A stretch of 59,743 nt of DNA from an uncultured bacterium (GTDB lineage: Bacteria; Macinerneyibacteriota; Macinerneyibacteria; Macinerneyibacteriales; CAYRFE01): contig CAZIJP010000001.1 of assembly GCA_964539615.1 (NCBI GenBank), positions 1-59,743 on the forward strand, written 5' to 3'. Numbering within the stretch: the stretch's first letter is position 1; each line of letters starts with the position of its first letter. Below the pieces are notes generated by a model, which worked only from the letters and a program-made list of their open reading frames with translations, was not told the DNA's origin and made no database searches. Made by a program: the position numbers and the translations under genes. Positions 37,068 to 45,568 of the stretch are shown piece by piece.

Positions 37068-37502
37068 TTATAAACGTACCATGACTGAAACACGGTCACG
37101 GCTTACAACATCAACTTCAACGGTATCGCCAAATCCGATAATAGGGCAACGCTTAATAATCAACAGAATGTTGACTAAAAGCCAGGTTATCGGTTTTAAC
37201 CAGAAATATTTTACGGTGACTTCCTTAGCCTTCACATAAACTCCGGAAAAAATACATTTTTCAAACGGGGAAAGCCCGCTAACAAAAAATATCTGGAATA
37301 CCAAGCTGACGGCGAGATAACCGAGTATTATCCAGTGCATTGTGCCGTTGATACCAAGATTCAAGGAATACAACGCATACCAAAGCGCGATCGTTACCGC
37401 AAAAAGTATCACTGCGGGCACAGCCTTCTTGATCAATATGCCTTTTACCGCCCAATACAAAACATATGTAATGATAAATAGTAGTATTGTAAGCATATTC
37501 AT
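37068..37502 (-). CDS. 4-TM membrane protein, unknown function
   Basis: 144-aa ORF with four hydrophobic helices. Its start forms an ATGA overlap with the upstream stop. Confidence 0.6.
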   Translation of the reverse strand: MNMLTILLFIITYVLYWAVKGILIKKAVPAVILFAVTIALWYALYSLNLGINGTMHWIILGYLAVSLVFQIFFVSGLSPFEKCIFSGVYVKAKEVTVKYFWLKPITWLLVNILLIIKRCPIIGFGDTVEVDVVSRDRVSVMVRL

Positions 37503-38383
37503 CCCTTTAATGCCCGGATCAATTTTTCGCCTTCCTCAGGCGTGACCTTTCCCGCTTCCATCATATCAATGATACGTTGAACATGTTTTTTTGTCATAGA
37601 TACTTCAACTTCAATCTCATCATTATGCTTATCGGAAAACATTTTTACAGGATTGAATTTCATGGATTTCATCATTGACTTTAGTATTATTTTTTCCTCC
37701 GGATATGAACCTTTTAAATCCACATCACCGCTTAACGATTTAATGGTCAAAGTAGAATCGCCGTCATATGATAAAAAATCAATTGCGACATCACCGGAAA
37801 TACTTTTGATAGTACCGTCGGCAGATAACGAGAAAGCGCCTTTGATTTCACAATCACCCGAAATACTATTTATATCAATATCTGAAAACTCTCCGTCCTT
37901 GATTTCAACATCACCGCTATATGAATTCAACTTAATCGATCCGTTAAATTTTTGTAAAAAAAGATCGCCGCTGTAAACCTCCATTGAGAGATTTTCAGAC
38001 ATTAACGTATTAATTTTTACATCTCCGCTGTATGTTTTGCAATTACCGCTGAATTTAAGAATATCAGCAGCCAAATCGCCGGAATAGGTCACGATCGAAC
38101 CGTCAAAACGGAGCGTTTCCGGATAACGAATGACAACATCAGCGCTATCACCAGATTTACCCGGAGACAGAATTATTATTCCGAATCTTTTTTCACGTTT
38201 ATTTTCACGGATCTTCAAAACGGTATTTTCTAAGGACACATCAAAAATATCTTCAGCTGCATTTTTACGAAGTCCGGGGAATTCAATTTCGATATCCTTT
38301 CGGTCTTCAGCTTTAAATGTCAGATCTCCGCTCTTTAGCGATACATCTAACGTCAATTTTTCGCCGGCATATTCAAATATCAT
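37499..38383 (-). CDS. DUF4097-like beta-helix ('putative adhesin') protein with a C-terminal SHOCT-like motif
   Basis: 294-aa ORF with at least seven (Y/I/L)SGD(V/L/C).(I/L) strand repeats. The C-terminus reads IIDMMEAGKVTPEEGEKLIRAL. It has ATGA overlaps at both ends. Confidence 0.7.
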   Translation of the reverse strand: MIFEYAGEKLTLDVSLKSGDLTFKAEDRKDIEIEFPGLRKNAAEDIFDVSLENTVLKIRENKREKRFGIIILSPGKSGDSADVVIRYPETLRFDGSIVTYSGDLAADILKFSGNCKTYSGDVKINTLMSENLSMEVYSGDLFLQKFNGSIKLNSYSGDVEIKDGEFSDIDINSISGDCEIKGAFSLSADGTIKSISGDVAIDFLSYDGDSTLTIKSLSGDVDLKGSYPEEKIILKSMMKSMKFNPVKMFSDKHNDEIEVEVSMTKKHVQRIIDMMEAGKVTPEEGEKLIRALKG

Positions 38384-38769
38384 AACGATCCTCCCTTTTT
38401 ATTTATCCGCTCCATCGCTTCCTCAAACGTAATCTTTCCTTCGTTGAGCATGTCAAGCACTTCATCAGCGTCAGGAGAAACAGCATCTTCATCAGCGACT
38501 CCCAGAGATGTCTTTGCCTTTTTTAGAAGATTCTTAACTTTCGGGTAAGAACAATTCATGAGTTTTTCCACTTGCTTGATACTTCCTTCTGCATATAAAA
38601 AAACCCGAATGAACTGTAATGTCTCTTCATCCAGGCCGGCCGAAGAACAATTATTAAAAATCCCCGTTACTTCAGCCTGACAACTGTTGCAGCTGAATCG
38701 TGTGATTACTACATCTCCTCCGCAGAATGGGCATTTCGAAATCATATCCATATGATCATCTCCCTTCAT
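38380..38769 (-). CDS. DUF2089-like zinc-ribbon plus HTH protein with a C-terminal SHOCT-like motif
   Basis: CPFCGG-x10-CNSC is followed by LQFIRVFLYAEGSIKQVEKLMNCSYPKVKNLLKK (HTH). The C-terminus reads VLDMLNEGKITFEEAMERI. The start codon is uncertain (M1, M7 or M9). Confidence 0.7.
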   Translation of the reverse strand: MKGDDHMDMISKCPFCGGDVVITRFSCNSCQAEVTGIFNNCSSAGLDEETLQFIRVFLYAEGSIKQVEKLMNCSYPKVKNLLKKAKTSLGVADEDAVSPDADEVLDMLNEGKITFEEAMERINKKGGSL

Positions 38770-39053
38770 CAGTAGTATAGTGACAAAATTAACACTGTCA
38801 AGCCTATATATTAATTTTTTTAATATTTTGTATTAATTTTATTAATATATGAATTTGATTTGTTAATTATTATAATTGCCTTTGGAATAAATATCTATTT
38901 TCAGCAGCAATAAATAACTTCGTCGAGATAAAAATAGTATTGAAGATATAATTCTGTTTAATTAAAGATAATAGAGAATAATTAAATTTTAATAAATGAA
39001 AAATCGAAGCAGCTCATTTGATCGAATCAAATTATTTCTTCTAATCGAGGATA

Positions 39054-39653
39054 TCATTGAGCCAAAAAACATAGCACATCATAAAAACGCATTGCAAACT
39101 TGCGCACGATCTCACCTTGGGCAATTGCTGTTTTCTTTTTAGCAGCATCTTTTTCTGTCTCTATCGTGATCTCAAGTGTCTCGCCTTCAGGGTAAGCGCC
39201 TTCGACCATTAATCGCAAAACCTTATCACCTGAGTAATACACACGGTAACTTCCTGCCGCCATAATATCAAAACCTGCACCGCAAATATCCGACCCGATC
39301 CCATATACAAAGATCAATTTTCCGGCATCATCAAACGAGCACTCAAAAGAAACAGCTCCGATTGCCGGGAGCATCTTTCTAATGACCATGCGTTTGACAT
39401 TAAAAGGGGCGGCATACGGGTCTTCTTCATAATCCTTATCCGTACCTCCAGTATACCACACATCGATCTCATTGGGATTTTGGCCTCCGCCGATCACCAT
39501 ATGCGCTTCTTTAAAGCTGTTATTTTTGATACCGTCTTCAATTGCCTGATAGTGACTACGGATGTCTTGTATGCTCAGCGCTTGCATCAAACCAACGCAC
39601 AATACTTGACAGAAAACAAGTATCGAAACGACCTTGATCGTGCACCTCGTCAT
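39054..39653 (-). CDS. exported hypothetical protein
   Basis: AAGGAGG precedes the ATG at 39653. A signal peptide (MTRCTIKVVSILVFCQVLCVGLMQA) is present. It lies 10 nt downstream of the murA stop. Confidence 0.55.
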   Translation of the reverse strand: MTRCTIKVVSILVFCQVLCVGLMQALSIQDIRSHYQAIEDGIKNNSFKEAHMVIGGGQNPNEIDVWYTGGTDKDYEEDPYAAPFNVKRMVIRKMLPAIGAVSFECSFDDAGKLIFVYGIGSDICGAGFDIMAAGSYRVYYSGDKVLRLMVEGAYPEGETLEITIETEKDAAKKKTAIAQGEIVRKFAMRFYDVLCFLAQ

Positions 39654-39663
39654 AAAAACCTCC

Positions 39664-40971
39664 TTATTTTTCTTCCTTTCGCACAATATGAGCTCCTAAT
39701 GAATTGAGGCGTGAATCGATGTTTTCATAACCGCGGTCGATCTGAACAATATTATTGATGATAGATGTGCCTTCAGCTCCGAGCGCTGCAATCAGCAAAG
39801 AAATACCTGCTCTGATATCCGGACTTGCCATTTTGCTTGCCACAAGATTCCTTGGTCCTACAACAACAACACGATGAGGGTCACATAAAACGATACCCGC
39901 CCCCAGATCAATCAATTTATCAACAAAGAACATTCTATTTTCATACATCTTTTCATGAATGACAACACTTCCGTGCGCTTGTGTTGCGGCAACGATCAAC
40001 ACCGATGTGAGATCAGACGGAAACAATGGCCAAGGACCGTCTCCAATTACCGGTATTGCAGAACGAAAATCCGAACGCACATGCATCGTCTGATGACCGG
40101 GAATAAACAGATCATCCCCCCGTTGCTCGAAATGCAATCCTATCCGTTCAAAATCCCGCCCGATAATGTCAATATAAGGCGTTTGATTGGCATAAACACC
40201 CGCAATAGTAATCTCGCCTCCTGTAACGGCAGCCAAAGACATAAAGCTGCCAACCTCAGTGTGATCATCCTGAATACGATATCTGCCGCCTCCAAGTTCG
40301 GCGACTCCTTCAATTTCGATCTTATTGGTTCCAATACCGGAGATCTTGGCACCGAGTAGATTAAGAAAATGACATAACCCCTGCACATGCGGTTCACATG
40401 CAGCATTATAGATCGTTGTCTTTCCCTCAGCACATGCTGCTGCCATAACGGCATTTTCAGTACCGGTCACCGACGGCTCGTCTAAAAGTAAGTATGCTCC
40501 TTTTAAACGTTTATTTCCCGAAATAAAGTCAACCACATCACGGCCAGCTTCGGTAATATATTCAACCCCCAAATTTTCTAATGCCAGAAGATGTGTATCT
40601 ATCCTGCGCCTGCCGATCTTGTCGCCGCCCGGCAAAGGAAAAGAAACTTTCCCGAGACGAGTTAACACCGGCCCGACCAAAGTGATCGAAGCCCGTATCT
40701 CACGAACCAATTTCTCGTTCAACTGCCATTTTTCCAAACCGGTTGCATTTATTTTTATCGTATGATCATCGATATAGTCGACAGTTACGCCGATATCACG
40801 AATAATCTCGATCATAACGCGGACATCTTTGATATTGGGTACATTTTCGAGAATAACATCTTGCTTGGTCAACAATGCTGCCGCAATGACCGGCAATGCC
40901 TCATTTTTATTCCCTGCGGGCGTGATCGTACCTTTTAATGATTTTTTCCCCTGAACTTCAAAATAAGCCAT
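39664..40971 (-). CDS. murA: UDP-N-acetylglucosamine 1-carboxyvinyltransferase, Asp-type active site
   Basis: The N-terminus reads F.V.G...L.G.I...GNKNEALPVIAAALL, with ENVPNIKDV following. The active-site loop is LPGGDKIGRRRIDTH. GGAGG precedes the ATG at 40971 (MAYFEVQ). Confidence 0.9.
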   Translation of the reverse strand: MAYFEVQGKKSLKGTITPAGNKNEALPVIAAALLTKQDVILENVPNIKDVRVMIEIIRDIGVTVDYIDDHTIKINATGLEKWQLNEKLVREIRASITLVGPVLTRLGKVSFPLPGGDKIGRRRIDTHLLALENLGVEYITEAGRDVVDFISGNKRLKGAYLLLDEPSVTGTENAVMAAACAEGKTTIYNAACEPHVQGLCHFLNLLGAKISGIGTNKIEIEGVAELGGGRYRIQDDHTEVGSFMSLAAVTGGEITIAGVYANQTPYIDIIGRDFERIGLHFEQRGDDLFIPGHQTMHVRSDFRSAIPVIGDGPWPLFPSDLTSVLIVAATQAHGSVVIHEKMYENRMFFVDKLIDLGAGIVLCDPHRVVVVGPRNLVASKMASPDIRAGISLLIAALGAEGTSIINNIVQIDRGYENIDSRLNSLGAHIVRKEEK

Positions 40972-40976
40972 TCTTT

Positions 40977-42668
40977 CTACCTCCACAAAATAAATTCAGC
41001 ACGGCTGCCCCTGCTGGCTATTGCCGATGTCAACGCTTGTTTGTCTGTATAATACCACAAAATCCGTTGCTGTGCATCATTTCTCAACCATGTAAGGGAC
41101 CCCGTATCCAAAAACCGTATGTATTTTTTTAACGCTTCATCAGTATTGCCGCGAAACACAAGAACATCTCCGCTCATAAGCATAGCCGCTTTATATTGCG
41201 GATTAACCACAGGAATACTTTTTTCAACTTCTTCAAAGTTACCCAGAATAAAATGATACAATACTATTTTATACGCGCGTTCCTGATTATTGCTAATCGC
41301 AGAATACCATTGAAATGCTTTTTTCTCATTATTTTCCAAAAACAAATATATATCACCGAGCAGCGCTTCTTTTCCGAAAAACGTTGTTTTTTCAATGAAT
41401 GCCGTATCGTCAACTAATCTCTTATCCATATTATCCATCATAAGTGTTGAAAAATTTGTTATACGCGTCAATGGAGAAAGTTCGTACAGTTGAGTGGCGA
41501 ACAACCGATAGGGTAATTGTGCTGCGACAATCTTCAGAAGAGTTGCCTTATTTGAGTCCTTGATCACTTTCTTAATCACGTCAAGCAATCCCGAATAATC
41601 TAATTTCGATCGGTAAACATTAGCCATTTTCACCCAAAATTCATCATCATTTATCGCTATCCGCGTGATATCGACGGTTTTTACAAGGTCTTGAAACAAT
41701 AAATCATTAAACACCGATGTCTGGACATACCAATCATGATTTGCATAAAAAGCGCCGATCAGATCTCCTTTTTTTAGAAGCAGGTTTCCCCGAAGGTCGT
41801 TGAACTTTTTTCGTTGAGGGTCCCATGAATCCAATAACGTTGCAACATGTGAAATATCGTCAAAATCCAATAGCCTTTCTATGATGTATCGTTGACGCGA
41901 GGAATCAGAAAGCATCAACATTTCATCGGTAATACCTTTCGTTATTATTTCAAAAATGGTTTCTTCGCGAGTGCCGCTCAAACCACCGCTGTTGTATAAT
42001 GTTTTAAGAAATTCCTTTTTTTTATGCTTAAGGATGACCGATATCACCAATTGACGCTCAACTACATCGCAATTGTTATAATAGCGAATGAATTCGGCAG
42101 TATCACCTGCTGAAACGGCAAGAAAAGCCGATAAGAACACATTTTCCGAAAACTGTTGAATTTTTTCTTTTAATAAACCTTTTTTTAAATAAAAATCACA
42201 TAAAAAATCAAATACTGCCGATTGCTCAGTGAAATACTTCTGTGTATGATATGCTTCTATTATGGAAACTAGTTGTTCTTCATTGTATTGGGATCGGCCA
42301 TAAAAATACATATCAAACAATTCGTTACTAAATCCAAAACGGTTAAAATAATTAGGAACAAATTCATTCCTACTTGAGGCATCCATCAGTTGCCAAACGG
42401 TCTGAAGATGACCCGGGAATCGGTTACCGTTCTCAAGGAGCATCAGATAGCGACGTAATGCCTGCGTCCTATCCCCCTTTGCTTCAAATGACTTTGCGAT
42501 CAACACGTGTTCCTCATCGGTAAAATTCCGCCCTTCATCGAATGATACGGATATTAGAGCGTCATAATTACCCTGAATGAATAACGTTTTAATTGAATCT
42601 TCAGCATTAAGATAAGAAGTGATCGAAAAAACTGACAGCAGTATAAAAATACGGTATCGTGATACCAT
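40977..42668 (-). CDS. exported helical-repeat (TPR-like) protein, unknown function
   Basis: 563-aa ORF with a signal peptide (MVSRYRIFILLSVFSITSYLNA) and a helical repeat character. Its stop codon lies inside the murA SD. Confidence 0.55.
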   Translation of the reverse strand: MVSRYRIFILLSVFSITSYLNAEDSIKTLFIQGNYDALISVSFDEGRNFTDEEHVLIAKSFEAKGDRTQALRRYLMLLENGNRFPGHLQTVWQLMDASSRNEFVPNYFNRFGFSNELFDMYFYGRSQYNEEQLVSIIEAYHTQKYFTEQSAVFDFLCDFYLKKGLLKEKIQQFSENVFLSAFLAVSAGDTAEFIRYYNNCDVVERQLVISVILKHKKKEFLKTLYNSGGLSGTREETIFEIITKGITDEMLMLSDSSRQRYIIERLLDFDDISHVATLLDSWDPQRKKFNDLRGNLLLKKGDLIGAFYANHDWYVQTSVFNDLLFQDLVKTVDITRIAINDDEFWVKMANVYRSKLDYSGLLDVIKKVIKDSNKATLLKIVAAQLPYRLFATQLYELSPLTRITNFSTLMMDNMDKRLVDDTAFIEKTTFFGKEALLGDIYLFLENNEKKAFQWYSAISNNQERAYKIVLYHFILGNFEEVEKSIPVVNPQYKAAMLMSGDVLVFRGNTDEALKKYIRFLDTGSLTWLRNDAQQRILWYYTDKQALTSAIASRGSRAEFILWR

Positions 42669-42679
42669 GAACTAATAAG

Positions 42680-42850
42680 CTATTGTTTCTTTATGATCTT
42701 TTCGACCTCAGCACTGTATACCAATACGGTGTCTTTGATATCACCCAGGTCTCTGAGTATCATGTCGAGATCACGGCGCAGATATTCAAAACGTTCGCCG
42801 AATCTTTTTTCAATATCATCAAGAAAAGTAAGCTCTTTTTTATTCATCAT
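42680..42850 (-). CDS. unannotated 56-aa charged helical protein, translationally coupled to the kinase gene
   Basis: This ORF is below the track cut-off. Its ATG forms an ATGA overlap with the kinase stop (42847-42850). It reads MMNKKELTFLDDIEKRFGERFEYLRRDLDMILRDLGDIKDTVLVYSAEVEKIIKKQ-stop. Confidence 0.35.
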   Translation of the reverse strand: MMNKKELTFLDDIEKRFGERFEYLRRDLDMILRDLGDIKDTVLVYSAEVEKIIKKQ

Positions 42851-43923
42851 ACGGTTACCTCCGTGAATTTTGGTAATTTACAATAAAACGTAGTTCCTTC
42901 GCCCGCGTTACTTTCGATCCATAGTTTTCCGTCGTGCATCTCAACGATCTCTTTTGATATTGCCAATCCAAGTCCGCTCCCGCCGTATTTTCTTGTCGAA
43001 GAACCATCAACTTGATAAAACATATCAAAGATGTGGTCCCATTCATCACGCGGGATGCCTATCCCTGTATCGCTGACATATAATATACAAAATTCTTCAG
43101 TAATCAAGTTGATTCCTGCGGCAACGGACCCTTTCTCGGTAAATTTCAAAGCATTTGAAATGAGATTATTAAAAAGCATCTTTAACTTATCATAATCGCC
43201 GCGAATACAGATGTTTTTCATGAATCCTTCCAAGGATAAAACCAAGCCCTTCCGGGAAGCGATCGGCTCAAATGTCGCAAGCAGTTCAGCCCCGAGATCG
43301 GCCAAAAATACGCGATCCGAAGCAATAACAACCTTCCCGGCAGCGATCTTGTTGAATTCCAATATCTGATTGATAAGATTAAGCAGTTCTCGGCTTCGTT
43401 CTAATATCCTCTCGAGTTTCTCTTTTTGGTTTTCATTGACCGGACCGAGTATCTCACCGTGTATCAACTCAGTAAAACCGCCAATCGCATTCAATGGTGT
43501 CTTAAGTTCATGAGATATCGTTGCCAAAAATTGGTTTTTTAATATATCGTATTCCTGTAATTTTTTATTCTGCAGTTCAAGCGATGCATTTTTTTCGGAC
43601 AATTCGATCTCTCGTGCCAGTAGCGTTTCTTTCATATCTGAACATACACGGACGAGATCACCTATCTCCAAAGGGTACCGCTCTTTCGTTTCGGTAACGG
43701 CAAGAAGCCCCTTTTCTAATTCGCCACTGCTTAATTTCTTGACTGTTTCCTTTACGGCATGTATGGGCTTAATTATGAAAAAAACGATAAATAAAAACAT
43801 CATTATAAGAACCGCTAGGGCAATAAAAACGGTTACTTGTACTGAAGACGTCAGAATACCTGCAAGTGCAATGAGAATTATAGAGATCGCGCAAAAAATA
43901 CTAGTTTGTGTTTTGATCGTCAT
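42847..43923 (-). CDS. membrane histidine kinase (2 TM, minimal loop, HAMP-like linker, HisKA, HATPase)
   Basis: It carries an H-box (SHELKTPLNAIGG), an N-box (NLISNALKFT), G1 (DTGIGI) and G2 (GGSGLGLAISK). I prefer the ATG at 43923 (GGAGAA upstream) over the track start at 43953. Confidence 0.85.
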   Translation of the reverse strand: MTIKTQTSIFCAISIILIALAGILTSSVQVTVFIALAVLIMMFLFIVFFIIKPIHAVKETVKKLSSGELEKGLLAVTETKERYPLEIGDLVRVCSDMKETLLAREIELSEKNASLELQNKKLQEYDILKNQFLATISHELKTPLNAIGGFTELIHGEILGPVNENQKEKLERILERSRELLNLINQILEFNKIAAGKVVIASDRVFLADLGAELLATFEPIASRKGLVLSLEGFMKNICIRGDYDKLKMLFNNLISNALKFTEKGSVAAGINLITEEFCILYVSDTGIGIPRDEWDHIFDMFYQVDGSSTRKYGGSGLGLAISKEIVEMHDGKLWIESNAGEGTTFYCKLPKFTEVTV

Positions 43924-44887
43924 TGTTGCCGTTCTCCGTAACAGTGATATCAACCATCTTGATTCCCTGTAAATATTCTTTTAATTTATGTTCCTTTTTT
44001 ATGTTTTCCAAATTTTGAAGCGTCTTCGATACTTTGTCGATACCATTGTGGATCCGTTCTAAATACTTCTCATATGGTTCTTTTGCGTCATTTTTCTCCA
44101 GAGCATTTTCCAATAGAAACAATGACCCGCTGATAACAGCAAGAGGATTATTTATTTCGTGGTTAATACCAACTATCAATTGGCTCAGTGCGAGAAGTTG
44201 TTCCGCTTTGGATAATTTTTCTTTATTCATTTGCAGTTCAGCCAATGCCGCTTCCAATTTTGAATTCTGTTCTTGTATTGTCTCAATATAACGCAAACGT
44301 TCTAATGTTAAGGCCAATTGCCCGGCCAACATATTCAATACTGCCACATCGTTGTCTGAAAAGGCGCTTACCTTAGTGGCTGCAACATTCAACATACCCA
44401 ATAATTGATCTTTTATAATCAACGGGATCGAAATGAATGAATGGTAATCTCGTGTCTCAGTTTCGGTCAACTCGCGGAAATAAACGCTTTTTCTGTTCTT
44501 TGCAAGCCACCCTGTCAGACCTTTTCCGTCGCCGATCTCAAACCCTTCGGCTAAATTGACTACTTCGCCAAGAAAATTGACCAGCATCAATTCATTGGTC
44601 TTTTCATCTATTAGGTAAATGGTGGCATAATCATATTGAACAATATCTTTTATGAGTAATAATATATTTTTAAAAGTTTTTTCGGAAATATCACCTGTTT
44701 GTATAATATTACTCATTTCATACAATACAAACAGCTGCTTGAGCATCGAATCTCCGGTACCGTCAGTTAATCGCGCTAATACTTTATCTAAAAGTTCAAC
44801 GCCGTTGATGTCCTCCGAAAGGATCTCCGGACTGAGAACGCCTCGATTGACAAGTATATTAATAAGTATGCTTAATCTCTCTTCCAT
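43901..44887 (-). CDS. GAF-domain protein with a DHp/H-box but no ATP-binding domain
   Basis: It has a GAF-like core (DYATIYLIDEKTNELMLVNF...ISIPLII.DQLLGMLNV), a coiled coil and the H-box GINHEINNPLAVISG. Only about 75 aa follow the His, and no N, G1 or G2 boxes are present. Confidence 0.75.
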   Translation of the reverse strand: MEERLSILINILVNRGVLSPEILSEDINGVELLDKVLARLTDGTGDSMLKQLFVLYEMSNIIQTGDISEKTFKNILLLIKDIVQYDYATIYLIDEKTNELMLVNFLGEVVNLAEGFEIGDGKGLTGWLAKNRKSVYFRELTETETRDYHSFISIPLIIKDQLLGMLNVAATKVSAFSDNDVAVLNMLAGQLALTLERLRYIETIQEQNSKLEAALAELQMNKEKLSKAEQLLALSQLIVGINHEINNPLAVISGSLFLLENALEKNDAKEPYEKYLERIHNGIDKVSKTLQNLENIKKEHKLKEYLQGIKMVDITVTENGNNDDQNTN

Positions 44888-45392
44888 TCATATCCTTTAT
44901 CATTACAATTTTTTGATCGGTATCGATCAAACCTAACTGAAATTGACCAAACAACAATCCGCATGATTCTCCAGGATTGAAAAAAACGATTTTATCCCTT
45001 TTCTCAAAGTACATCTGATGAGTATGACCGAATAAAACAAAATCAGGATCATATTTCTCGATAACCGTTTCCCACTTAGCCTCAGGGACATGCGTGCAAT
45101 AAAAGACCAAAGAATTTCGTTCAAATATGTAAGGCGGTTCATAGATTGTTGTAAATTTCTTTTCAAGCCAATTTTTTTCACCGTCATTATTACCGTAAAT
45201 ATATACTTTTTCTGCTTCAAGCGGTCTGAAATGACCGGACATGATCGGTGAGATAATATCACCGAGATGTATGAAAAGATCGATCTTTTCGTTATTAAAT
45301 AAATTAACGGCCCACTGAATTACAGGTACTTGTTCGTGTGTATCTGTTATAATGCCAATTTTCATTTTCTCCGCCTTTTCCCTGCTATTCAT
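44859..45392 (-). CDS. YfcE/MJ0936-family metallophosphoesterase
   Basis: Motifs occur in canonical order: ITDTHE, GDIISP, GNNDGE, HVPE, GHTH. An alternative start lies at 45365 (MKIGII). Confidence 0.8.
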   Translation of the reverse strand: MNSREKAEKMKIGIITDTHEQVPVIQWAVNLFNNEKIDLFIHLGDIISPIMSGHFRPLEAEKVYIYGNNDGEKNWLEKKFTTIYEPPYIFERNSLVFYCTHVPEAKWETVIEKYDPDFVLFGHTHQMYFEKRDKIVFFNPGESCGLLFGQFQLGLIDTDQKIVMIKDMNGREIKHTY

Positions 45393-45568
45393 TGTAGCCT
45401 TTTTCGAGTAAAAAGCAATGTTTTTATATCAATTTGCTGTGTATGAACATAATCATCCAATCAGTTGCGGATGATCAAGATCTTGTTTTGGGGTAATTGC
45501 AACGGCTTACGAAATATCTTGATTTTTATTCGCCTGCGCTTATACTCACGGTACTAAGGAGGATACGT

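Noticed and set aside
42683-42886. 67-aa plus-strand ORF
   Set aside because: It is antisense to the kinase 3' end and to the ATGA-coupled 56-aa minus-strand ORF. It also runs against the direction of the surrounding operon.
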